Virus record (IMG/VR): IMGVR_UViG_2875733747_000004
Length of the DNA stretch: 64,000 nucleotides
Source: an uncultured virus (IMG/VR IMGVR_UViG_2875733747_000004)
Taxonomy: Duplodnaviria > Heunggongvirae > Uroviricota > Caudoviricetes
Reading direction: 5' to 3' (one strand)
Shown: positions 1 through 7,971 of the stretch, one piece after another
How positions within the stretch are numbered: position 1 is the stretch's first letter
How the letters are laid out: each line of letters begins with the position of its first letter
Notes under the pieces: generated by a model
Database searches by the model: none
Seen by the model: only the letters and a program-made list of their open reading frames with translations
Told to the model about the DNA's origin: nothing
Translations under genes and position numbers: made by a program

Positions 1-915
1 TTATTCTTGATCAAACACACCATATTCTGAAGTGCTTTCACCGTTAAAATTTGGTTTAACCGTATTTATTTTATTGTCCGAAAATTTTATACTAAGCTCT
101 ATACCGTTTGGTATCTCTTTATCTTTTTTTATTTCTTCTGCCATTTTTATTACATTTTCACTGTTACTTTTTTTAGTATAGTTCTTTTTTTTACTAAATA
201 GAGTAGTAGTTACCGAAACTTTAGACTTATCTTTTAATTGCTTCTTAACATTTGACAATTCTTTTGAAAATTCACTGTCACTTTTGTTTAACAATGGTTC
301 AAAATAGTCTCTATACTCAGCTAAATTATAAGGTATGGCCGAAATATAAAAATATTCATTTTCATAACCACTATTTTGCGTCTTATTAATTGCTTCTTTT
401 GTAAATCCTGTATATTGATATTTCTCTTCATTATCTTTGAAAAATTTATATAATTTATCATATTTTTCTTTTTGTGCTCGATATTCAAACCCACTGAGTA
501 CTGCACCAACTAAAGTACTCATATCATCACCTTTATCCTTACTTCTTAATGAGCTATCACTGTCAATAATTGATTTATCAAATGGAATACTCGCATTAAA
601 TACGATGTCGTGGTCATCACAATGCACGAATACTTCTACACCATCGCCACTACCTATAACATTTGTAGCTTTAACTTTTAGACCGAAGTTATCCATAAAA
701 AATTGTTCGCCTCGCTTAGCAATTTTATCTTTATGCTTCTTTGCAAATTCAATCGCATCTTTTTCTGCAGGTGGTTGGAATCCTTGTCCTACATATTTTG
801 AAGCATCCATTTCTTCTGGTACAGATTTTGTTTCTTTGTTGGATTCGTTATTGGTAGTTGAACATCCTGATAGTAGTATCGTTGCCATTAAGATAAATTT
901 TGCTTTTTTAAGCAT
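1..915 (-). CDS. DUF1672-like tandem lipoprotein (copy 1)
   Basis: Lipobox LLSGC after a basic/hydrophobic signal peptide; paralogous to 1129-2067 and 2125-3042. Confidence 0.85.
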   Translation of the reverse strand: MLKKAKFILMATILLSGCSTTNNESNKETKSVPEEMDASKYVGQGFQPPAEKDAIEFAKKHKDKIAKRGEQFFMDNFGLKVKATNVIGSGDGVEVFVHCDDHDIVFNASIPFDKSIIDSDSSLRSKDKGDDMSTLVGAVLSGFEYRAQKEKYDKLYKFFKDNEEKYQYTGFTKEAINKTQNSGYENEYFYISAIPYNLAEYRDYFEPLLNKSDSEFSKELSNVKKQLKDKSKVSVTTTLFSKKKNYTKKSNSENVIKMAEEIKKDKEIPNGIELSIKFSDNKINTVKPNFNGESTSEYGVFDQE

Positions 916-929
916 ATCTCATCACCTAT

Positions 930-1136
930 TTATGCGCTTTTAAAAGTTTCATTTTGTAAATAATTATACTCTCTTAATTTATTTGTGTCTTTTAGTTTCT
1001 CTCTATATAAATCTTCAAATACATCTGCCTGCTTAAATCGTTTTTCGTTAACTGTAAAGTCATTATCTTTATTGATGTCTTGATAAACCCTATAGCTACT
1101 CAATTCTGTTAAATCTCTATCATTTATTTTATTCAT
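930..1136 (-). pseudogene. Short orphan ORF/fragment (MNKINDRDLTELSSY...), probably an N-terminal remnant of the SA1320-like family found at this locus
   Basis: ATG overlaps the stop of the upstream lipoprotein; 68 aa; family assignment from recall only. Confidence 0.4.
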
Positions 1137-2067
1137 CTTCAAATGCTCCAAACGACACTACTTTCTTATCATCAAAACGAGCTTTTTTTGTGCCAATAAG
1201 TTTATTTCCTAATTGAGTAGTTATAGTATTCTTGATTGGCATATCTTTTGTTCTTTCAATTTTCTCGGATAAATCTATTACATTATTTATCTTTTCTTTT
1301 CTATTCCTTTCATCATTCGTACTAAACAACGTTGCTACAGTATTTGTATTAGCAGTATAGTTTAGCTCTTTTCTAGCTCGTTGCATACCTTCTTTAAACT
1401 CTTTATCATTTTTATGTATCAATGGTTCGTAATATTTTCTATATTCTTTTAAATTTCTTGATAAATATGTAATATAAAAATATTCATTTTGATACCCGAC
1501 GTTTTGCGTCTTGTTAATTGCTTCTTTAGTAAAACCTGTATATTGATATTGCTTTTCATTTTCTTTTAAAAATTTATATAAATTATCATACTTTTCTTTT
1601 TGCGCTCGATATTCAAAGCCACTCAGCACTGTACCCACCATCATACTCATATCATCACCGTTGTCATTACTACGCATTGATCCTTTTTGATGGATGGCAT
1701 CTTTGTACAAAGGTAGACTTGCATTAAATACAATGCCATGATCTTCGCAATGCACATAAACTTCTACACCATCATCTTTACCTACAACATTTGTAGCTTT
1801 AACTTTTAGTCCAAAGTTATCTTTAAAGAATTGTTCACCTACTTTTTCAAATTCTTTACGATGCTTCTTCACAAATTCAATCGCATCTTTTTCTGCAGGT
1901 GGTTGAAAGCCTTGTCCTACATATTTTGAAGCTTCCATTTCTTCTGGTACTGATTTTGTTTCTGTATTTGTTTCTGTATTTGTGTCTTTTTTTGATTCAT
2001 TATTCATCGCTGAACATCCTGATAACAGTAGCGTTGCTATTAAGATTAATTTCGCCTTTTTAAACAT
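1129..2067 (-). CDS. DUF1672-like tandem lipoprotein (copy 2)
   Basis: Lipobox LLSGC; paralog of neighbours. Confidence 0.85.
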   Translation of the reverse strand: MFKKAKLILIATLLLSGCSAMNNESKKDTNTETNTETKSVPEEMEASKYVGQGFQPPAEKDAIEFVKKHRKEFEKVGEQFFKDNFGLKVKATNVVGKDDGVEVYVHCEDHGIVFNASLPLYKDAIHQKGSMRSNDNGDDMSMMVGTVLSGFEYRAQKEKYDNLYKFLKENEKQYQYTGFTKEAINKTQNVGYQNEYFYITYLSRNLKEYRKYYEPLIHKNDKEFKEGMQRARKELNYTANTNTVATLFSTNDERNRKEKINNVIDLSEKIERTKDMPIKNTITTQLGNKLIGTKKARFDDKKVVSFGAFEDE

Positions 2068-2124
2068 AGCTCATCACCCATTTATGTGTTTATATAGAAT
2101 ATTAAAAAGCATTTTAAAAAAAAT

Positions 2125-3042
2125 TTATTCATCTTTACGATACACTCCATATTCTATTGGATCATTATCATCATAAAAGGCTTTTTTAGTATTAATAGTA
2201 GGCTTTCCTATTTGAATTGTAATTGTAGATTTTTCTGGCTTATTTTTAAAATTATATAGTTTATCACTCAGTTCAATTACATCATCAACTGTATTGTCTT
2301 TAGTAAAATTTTCCTTTGTACTAAACAATGTTGTTACTGTATCTGTATTAGCAGCGTAATTCACTTCTTTTCTGGCTTGTTCCATTCCTTCTTTAAATTC
2401 TTTATCATTTTTATGAATCAATGGTTCGTAATACTTACGATATTCTTTTAAGCTTCTTGACGAGTAAGTGATATAAAAATATTCATTTTTATATCCGACA
2501 TTTTGCGTCTTGTTTATTGCTTCTTTTGTAAAGCCTGTATATTGGTATTTCTCTTCATTATCTTTGAAAAATTTATATAAATTGTCATACTTTTCTTTTT
2601 GTGTTCGATATTCAAAGCCACTCAACACTGTACCAACTAAAGTACTCATATCATCGCCTTTGTCCTCACTTCTTAATGAGCTATCACTCTCAATTATTGA
2701 TTTATCAAATGGAATACTCGCATTAAATACGATATCGTGGTCATCACAATGCACGAATACTTCTACGCCTTTTCCACTACCTACAACATTGGTAGCTTTA
2801 ACTTTTAGACCGAAATTATCCATAAAAAATTGTTCGCCTCGTTTGGCAATTTTATCTTTATGCTTTTTCGCAAATTCAACCACATCTTTTTCTGCAGGTG
2901 GTTGGAAGCCTTGACCTACATATTTTGAAGCTTCCATTTCTTCTGGCACTGATTTTGTTTCTTTATTAGATTCGTTATTGGTAGTTGAACATCCTGATAG
3001 CAGTAATGTTGCTATTAAGATTAGTTTAGTTCTTTTAAACAT
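2125..3042 (-). CDS. DUF1672-like tandem lipoprotein (copy 3)
   Basis: Lipobox LLSGC; paralog of neighbours. Confidence 0.85.
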   Translation of the reverse strand: MFKRTKLILIATLLLSGCSTTNNESNKETKSVPEEMEASKYVGQGFQPPAEKDVVEFAKKHKDKIAKRGEQFFMDNFGLKVKATNVVGSGKGVEVFVHCDDHDIVFNASIPFDKSIIESDSSLRSEDKGDDMSTLVGTVLSGFEYRTQKEKYDNLYKFFKDNEEKYQYTGFTKEAINKTQNVGYKNEYFYITYSSRSLKEYRKYYEPLIHKNDKEFKEGMEQARKEVNYAANTDTVTTLFSTKENFTKDNTVDDVIELSDKLYNFKNKPEKSTITIQIGKPTINTKKAFYDDNDPIEYGVYRKDE

Positions 3043-3132
3043 AGCTCATCACCCATTTATGTGTTTGTAAAACTTTTATGTTTGAAAAAGCTACTTATTC
3101 TCAATGAAAACAAGTAGCATTTAATAAATTAA

Positions 3133-3336
3133 TTAGTATACAGCTAGTTTTTCTAATTGTTCTTTAACTTGAATTAAGTTTGACCGTATTAGAGAGGCAG
3201 ATTGATCCATCGTTTGAATTGCTTGTCCTTCATTTTCGTTCAAGCCATTACAAACAACTTCAAACTGTTGTGCCATTTGATCAAGACGCGCATGAGCTTG
3301 TGTGTTTAAAATAAACATATCGTCATAATGTGATGG
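3133..3336 (-). pseudogene. 3' remnant of the chromosomal gene interrupted by the prophage
   Basis: Begins with PSHYDDMF, the peptide that also appears near the end of ORF 63025-63912; the att core encodes it. Confidence 0.85.
3312..3336. repeat. Prophage att core, lysin-side junction (attR)
   Basis: TAAACATATCGTCATAATGTGATGG, 24/25 identical to 63069-63093; matches the Sa2int core as recalled. Confidence 0.92.
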
Positions 3337-3429
3337 CGAATAGATAATTCGTCGTTGTATACAAACGTATAAAAACCTTGTCATATCAACGGTTTTGGCA
3401 TTTTTAAACCTCTGTGTTTTCCACGCATG

Positions 3430-3467
3430 TTTGCCCTTATTTAAATAATTTGCCCTTTTTTCGCCCC
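3430..3467. promoter_or_regulatory. Putative integrase arm-type sites
   Basis: TTTGCCCTT at 3430 and 3449, TTCGCCCC at 3460; the same motif occurs twice at 62991-63008 near the other att. Confidence 0.6.
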
Positions 3468-3606
3468 GAAAAAAAAACACAAAAAAATAACCACACTCCT
3501 AAATTAATAGGTGGTGTGGTTTTGTTGATTGTAGGGGTATAAAAATAACCGCATTATTAAAGATACGGTTACTCTGTTATCTGTAAATATAATAGTAGTT
3601 TAAAAA

Positions 3607-3678
3607 TTAGTCGTTATTGTTAGTTCTTTTTTTATCTGATTCTTTTGTTTCTCCTAATTCGCAAACAGGACTCCACAT
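3607..3678 (-). CDS. Candidate 23-aa small ORF MWSPVCELGETKESDKKRTNNND
   Basis: AAAGGAG RBS 9 nt before ATG; terminator-like hairpins follow at ~3490-3575. Confidence 0.35.
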   Translation of the reverse strand: MWSPVCELGETKESDKKRTNNND

Positions 3679-3724
3679 AAAAATCAACTCCTTTATATAC
3701 CATAATGATACTATATTTTCTAGT

Positions 3725-4561
3725 TTATTTCAATTTTTCAGTTTTTAAAAATGAGTTTCTGTTTTTATTTATACGCTTTTCTGTTTTCTTTTTAAATTTT
3801 ATCTTTTTGTTATTCCATTCATTGTAAAATTCTATTAAATTAACATAAAATTTTTCATGCCCTATTTTATTTGTTGATGAGATATCAATGTAAAGACTCA
3901 ATATTGTTTTTAAATAGATTTGATGCAACGACTGATAAACCGTATTACTATCTGCTATATTATTGGTAAAATGCATAGAAAAATATTCTAATTTATTCAT
4001 GCAATATATATGGGTTTCATTATACTTCTTAATGAGTGTATTTATACCTTGCAATACGTCATTACTTTTAATAACAATTTCTTTTTCACCTGTCGAAAAA
4101 GTCCACTGTTTATCTCCTATATTTTCTTTAATTGTTTTCTTGTTGTCAAATTCTAAAATTATAGCCCGTAAACACTCTTCTTTATAATTCTCGTTCTTGA
4201 AAGTACGAAGCAAAATTTTTATAAATTCGGTATTGGTGACTTTTTTATAAGTGTGATATTTTGCAATCTCTTTATCAGTAAAGACTGTTCTTAGTTCGTG
4301 ATTATCAAAACTTAAATTCATCTTATTCTCTAATTCATTAATTTTATCTTGCAAACCAACATTTTCTAAAATTTTCTTGTTTATCTCCCCTATATCAAAA
4401 CTCCTTTTCGAAATTAATTTTGAAAACTCGTCTGCCATTTCAACAGCCTTTTCTTTCCTTTTATACCTTTTGTTAAATTTATGAACCACCGTTGCAGCAT
4501 AATACGATATCCCACCAGATAAAATAGATGATATTATCGGTATGTATATATCACCTTTCAT
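3725..4561 (-). CDS. Moron: 278-aa protein with N-terminal TM helix and DUF4760-like C-terminus; candidate anti-phage protein
   Basis: RBS GAGGTGG before MKGDIY; hydrophobic IYIPIISSILSGGISYYAA; C-terminal MNKLEYF...IAD...VYQ...FYNEW pattern; AT-rich; lysogenic-conversion position. Confidence 0.6.
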   Translation of the reverse strand: MKGDIYIPIISSILSGGISYYAATVVHKFNKRYKRKEKAVEMADEFSKLISKRSFDIGEINKKILENVGLQDKINELENKMNLSFDNHELRTVFTDKEIAKYHTYKKVTNTEFIKILLRTFKNENYKEECLRAIILEFDNKKTIKENIGDKQWTFSTGEKEIVIKSNDVLQGINTLIKKYNETHIYCMNKLEYFSMHFTNNIADSNTVYQSLHQIYLKTILSLYIDISSTNKIGHEKFYVNLIEFYNEWNNKKIKFKKKTEKRINKNRNSFLKTEKLK

Positions 4562-4640
4562 ATTTCCACCTCTTTTAACACAATTAAGTATTATGATACA
4601 CAACTTGCGCAAAAAGATGTAGACAGAACATAATGGCGAA

Positions 4641-4802
4641 CAAAAACAACCACCCAGTAACTAGTATGGGTGGCGTAGCGACTATAACAACTCTATGTTA
4701 TCAAGATATATGTATCGAGTGATGGCAAGGAAGAAGTCTCCTGCGGGACCAACAGTCAGATATATGGCCTCTGCCGGGCTATATAGTTCACTCCTACTAT
4801 AT
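4641..4802 (-). ncRNA. Candidate structured sRNA (~160 nt), unnamed
   Basis: Extended -10 TGTTATACT at 4810-4818; GC-rich multi-helix core; intrinsic terminator GCCACCCA-N10-TGGGTGGT followed by a T-rich tail. Confidence 0.55.
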
Positions 4803-4818
4803 AAAAGTAAGTATAACA

Positions 4819-4969
4819 TAAAAAGCACCCCGTAAACTGTTATACGGGAATGCTAAAGTCATATATACTACGGGGAGTAGTATGAAAACTATGCTCTCTA
4901 TCGTAAGAAAAAACACCCAGTGACATGCTTGGGTGAACAAGGATAGATGTAAATAGTTGATGCATGTGT
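4819..4969 (-). ncRNA. sprX: SprX (RsaOR)-like sRNA
   Basis: Starts ACACATGCATCAACTATTTACATC; three hairpins with a C-rich loop; ends GGGGTGCTTTTT; extended -10 TGTTATGAT upstream. Confidence 0.85.
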
Positions 4970-5013
4970 AACACATCATAACAAAAAACTAGCCCGAAGG
5001 CTAGCTATAACAT

Positions 5014-5141
5014 AAAAAAATAGGCAAGTACCGAAGTACCTGCCAGTTACGCACATTTAAATCTTGAGAGTAATGTTAAAAAGTGTATAGGAATATTAAC
5101 ATCCATCCAAATAGTTATTTAATAACTGTAAGATTCCCTAT
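5014..5141 (-). ncRNA. sprY: SprY-like sRNA
   Basis: ~128 nt between amidase and sprX, as recalled for phi12; terminator GGCAGGTAC-TTCG-GTACTTGCC-T run. Confidence 0.7.
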
Positions 5142-5176
5142 AATTAATGTAGCAAAATTTTTATTCTAAGTAAATA

Positions 5177-6631
5177 CTAAATCGTGCTAAACTTACCAAA
5201 ACTACTTATTCTATTACCTGCCTTGTCTACCTCTCCTGTCGCTATATAACGACGTTGTCCACTATTAGCAATATAAGTAATCCATCTATAGCCATTGATG
5301 CAATATGCGCCGTCATATTTAATTGTTGCGTTATTAGGTAATACACCTGTAATTCTTGAATTAGTTGAATAGCCGTCCCTTACGTTATTACCTTTAACAT
5401 TGGCAACTGTGTAATAACCAGTCTCTTTTTTATACGGTACATTGTTTTTATCAAGTGTATAACCTGCTGGCACTGGTGGATTTTTTTGGTTTTTAGCTGA
5501 TGTTTTAACATTACCAGCTACCAAACCACCTATAGGCTTACCATGAATTGCACCGGCTATTAATTTAGAATACAAGTCATAGTTTTTCTTAATCCAATCC
5601 ATATCATTTTTATTAGTAATAAAACCTAATTCAGATAAACGATAGTTTATATTTATTTCTGCTGATACATTAACGTTTAGTAAATCATTACGAGGTGTTA
5701 CACCTCTTATTTGTCCTAAGTTATTTTTAATAACATCTTGTATACTTTTATCAATAGTATCTGCATTGAATTGACTTGAAATAATAACATGCCCACCACT
5801 TGCACTTTCTCCTGCTGCGTCTAAATGAATCTCTAGAACAATGTCATACCCCTGTGATTTAACCCAATATAAGCCATAATCTTTATTATTTCCTACATTA
5901 ACACCGTAAGCAGTATCTTGATACATATCTTGTGATTGACTTGAGCCACCATATAATGCAACTTCGTGACCTGCATGTCTTAAATACTTAGCGATATTTG
6001 GTGTTATATATTTACGGATAAAATCACGTTCATTTGTTCCGTTTCCGACTGCTCCAGGATCGTTATAACCATGACCGGCTACAAGCATAATTTTTTTAGG
6101 TTTAATTACTGCTTGCTTTTTGGCAGTTGCTTGCTTAATAACGCTTTTAGCTTTATCTCCAACACTTACTTTATCTGGGAAATTTAATCTAATAAAATAC
6201 ATTGGGTCATCGTAATAATGAACATGTCTTGTAACGGTTTCGGGACCCCAACCAGGTTGCGCAACGCCATTTGTCCAACCTTTACCATTCCAATTTTGGC
6301 CAAACGATGTGAAAGTGTTTAGATTAGCGCTCTCAACAATTTCAACATGTCCAGCTCCGCCACCATACTTTGACGGGAAAACGACAATGTCCAACTTTTG
6401 CGGTAAAAAGCTATCATAGTTTTTAATTATTTGCCCGTATTTTTCAATCCTTGCTTTATTATCAAATGGAATATTATAAGCGTATAAACCTTGTAACCTT
6501 TCGCCTGTTGCTATCATAAAAAACATATTTGCGTAATCGTAACACTGAAATCCATAAAACAAATCAGGATTGAACTGCTTCCCTAATGAATTATCAAACC
6601 ATTTTTCTGCTTGGTTTTTTGTTATCAACAT
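5177..6631 (-). CDS. Endolysin (CHAP + amidase_3 + SH3b)
   Basis: QCYDY/GHV CHAP motifs, AGHG...EIHLD amidase motifs, C-terminal SH3b. Confidence 0.95.
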   Translation of the reverse strand: MLITKNQAEKWFDNSLGKQFNPDLFYGFQCYDYANMFFMIATGERLQGLYAYNIPFDNKARIEKYGQIIKNYDSFLPQKLDIVVFPSKYGGGAGHVEIVESANLNTFTSFGQNWNGKGWTNGVAQPGWGPETVTRHVHYYDDPMYFIRLNFPDKVSVGDKAKSVIKQATAKKQAVIKPKKIMLVAGHGYNDPGAVGNGTNERDFIRKYITPNIAKYLRHAGHEVALYGGSSQSQDMYQDTAYGVNVGNNKDYGLYWVKSQGYDIVLEIHLDAAGESASGGHVIISSQFNADTIDKSIQDVIKNNLGQIRGVTPRNDLLNVNVSAEININYRLSELGFITNKNDMDWIKKNYDLYSKLIAGAIHGKPIGGLVAGNVKTSAKNQKNPPVPAGYTLDKNNVPYKKETGYYTVANVKGNNVRDGYSTNSRITGVLPNNATIKYDGAYCINGYRWITYIANSGQRRYIATGEVDKAGNRISSFGKFSTI

Positions 6632-6641
6632 TGGTCAACAC

Positions 6642-6944
6642 CTACCCTAAATCATTTGTGTCGTTCATATTCGTAGGTGTCATTACTTCTTTAATTGGCG
6701 CTTGCCCTGTTGCTTTTCTATACTTGTTTTCAGCTTTATATTTCTTTAGCTTTTGATTTGCCCATTTACCTTCTTGAGATGTTGGATTATCTTTATATGT
6801 AGTATATAAAGCAACAACTGTTAAGATAATCGATGAAACACTTTCTTCATCTACTGGTATCGGACTTATACCTTTATTCGCTAAAAACTGATTGACTAAT
6901 GCTAAGATCAATACGATGTATCTTGTTATTACTTTTGCATCCAT
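6642..6944 (-). CDS. Phage holin (SPP1-like), 100 aa
   Basis: Two TM segments, KDNPTS motif, directly before the lysin; start at MDAKVIT with GGAG RBS. Confidence 0.92.
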   Translation of the reverse strand: MDAKVITRYIVLILALVNQFLANKGISPIPVDEESVSSIILTVVALYTTYKDNPTSQEGKWANQKLKKYKAENKYRKATGQAPIKEVMTPTNMNDTNDLG

Positions 6945-6966
6945 TTGTTTGCTCCTTTTATCCAAA

Positions 6967-6993
6967 ATAAAAAGCCAGTGCCGAAGCACTGAC
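6967..6993 (-). terminator. Intrinsic terminator upstream of holin
   Basis: CAGTGC-TTCG-GCACTG followed by a T run. Confidence 0.7.
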
Positions 6994-7002
6994 TCTTAAC
7001 TA

Positions 7003-7065
7003 TTACTTACACTTACTAAACCAGAAACACGACCAAAAGCTATATCCTAAAATTCCCTTAAGCAT
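7003..7065 (-). CDS. 20-aa hydrophobic peptide MLKGILGYSFWSCFWFSKCK
   Basis: Perfect RBS AAGGAGGTG 6 nt before ATG; followed by a terminator. Confidence 0.55.
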   Translation of the reverse strand: MLKGILGYSFWSCFWFSKCK

Positions 7066-7079
7066 GGTAATCACCTCCT

Positions 7080-7379
7080 TTAAATGCCAAAAATAGTTTT
7101 TAACAAGGCTATAACAAATGTACTTAGAATCGTCCCTATTAATCCTAGAATCCACATCTTGATGTCTCTAATATTTTTAGCATTTTTCTCTTTATTTTTT
7201 TCATCTTCTTCTTTGTCACGCCTTAGTTCTTCGAAATTTCTATCTAACTTGTCATAAATTTTTTCTTGCGTTCTCAGACTGTCTTCTATTCTGTCGAATT
7301 TTTCAAACATAGTCTTATCATTTTCTTCTAATCGCGTTAAACGCCAATCTTGTTCGTGTCGTTTGGTAAATCCAAACAT
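7080..7379 (-). CDS. DUF2951-like coiled-coil/TM protein
   Basis: Coiled coil plus C-terminal TM; usual position before holin. Confidence 0.8.
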   Translation of the reverse strand: MFGFTKRHEQDWRLTRLEENDKTMFEKFDRIEDSLRTQEKIYDKLDRNFEELRRDKEEDEKNKEKNAKNIRDIKMWILGLIGTILSTFVIALLKTIFGI

Positions 7380-7424
7380 TACACCACCCACTTTATTCAA
7401 ATTAAAAAGCCATAAGATTATAAC

Positions 7425-7589
7425 CTATGACTCTAGATTTTCTGGATACTTTTCTCCTGTAATAATTGCATATTCCTCTTTATCTATAACTTCCATATCT
7501 ACATACCACGCTATATCTTCTTTACTATATTCTTTCAATTGATACCATGTTTTAATATCTTCGAATGTTGGTGAAATTAATTTAAGCAT
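7425..7589 (-). CDS. XkdX-family protein (54 aa)
   Basis: MLKLISPTFEDIKTWY...IDKEEYAIITGEKY motif; manually translated. Confidence 0.8.
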   Translation of the reverse strand: MLKLISPTFEDIKTWYQLKEYSKEDIAWYVDMEVIDKEEYAIITGEKYPENLES

Positions 7590-7971
7590 TTTCAGTCTCT
7601 CCTTTAACCTCTTCTAATTTTTTATTAAGTGTCACAAGTTGTTTTGCCATTAGTGCATTTTGCTTATTAACTTGCATCGATAACTTTGTACTTTGAACAA
7701 CTTGTTTCTGCATACTAGCAACCATTTTTCGTAAGATGTCATCAGAAGCGACTGTGTTTTGTTCTTCACTGTCAATCTGTTGATGCAAGTCATCTTTTTC
7801 TTCTGAATAATCTTCGTTAAAAACTATTTCCCCATTTGAATATTTAAAGGCTTTAGGTCTAAAAACTTGAGAGAAATTTTCTGGTAAATTTTCAATATCA
7901 ATACCTTCTTCAAAGCCACCAATGATAGCGTATGAAATTATCTCATTACGCTTGTTAACTAATATTTGCAT
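7582..7971 (-). CDS. DUF2977-like tail-region protein
   Basis: ORF track; conserved staphylococcal phage gene. Confidence 0.75.
   Translation of the reverse strand: MQILVNKRNEIISYAIIGGFEEGIDIENLPENFSQVFRPKAFKYSNGEIVFNEDYSEEKDDLHQQIDSEEQNTVASDDILRKMVASMQKQVVQSTKLSMQVNKQNALMAKQLVTLNKKLEEVKGETENA

Noticed and set aside
3337..3480. Phage-supplied new N-terminus for the interrupted gene (ORF 3133-3480)
   Set aside because: Start lies among T runs and arm sites without a clear RBS; more likely a chance open frame.
4700..4800. Hammerhead ribozyme or small CDS in the third RNA unit
   Set aside because: CUGA is present but the CUGANGA/GAAA core is not; AGGAG overlaps the only nearby start (GTG, 11 codons).
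4797..4979. 60-aa ORF MMCYTCINY...
   Set aside because: Coincides with the SprX-like RNA and its promoter; no RBS.
3337..5176. PVL (lukSF-PV) or other known toxin cargo
   Set aside because: No leukocidin-like ORF between lysin and att.
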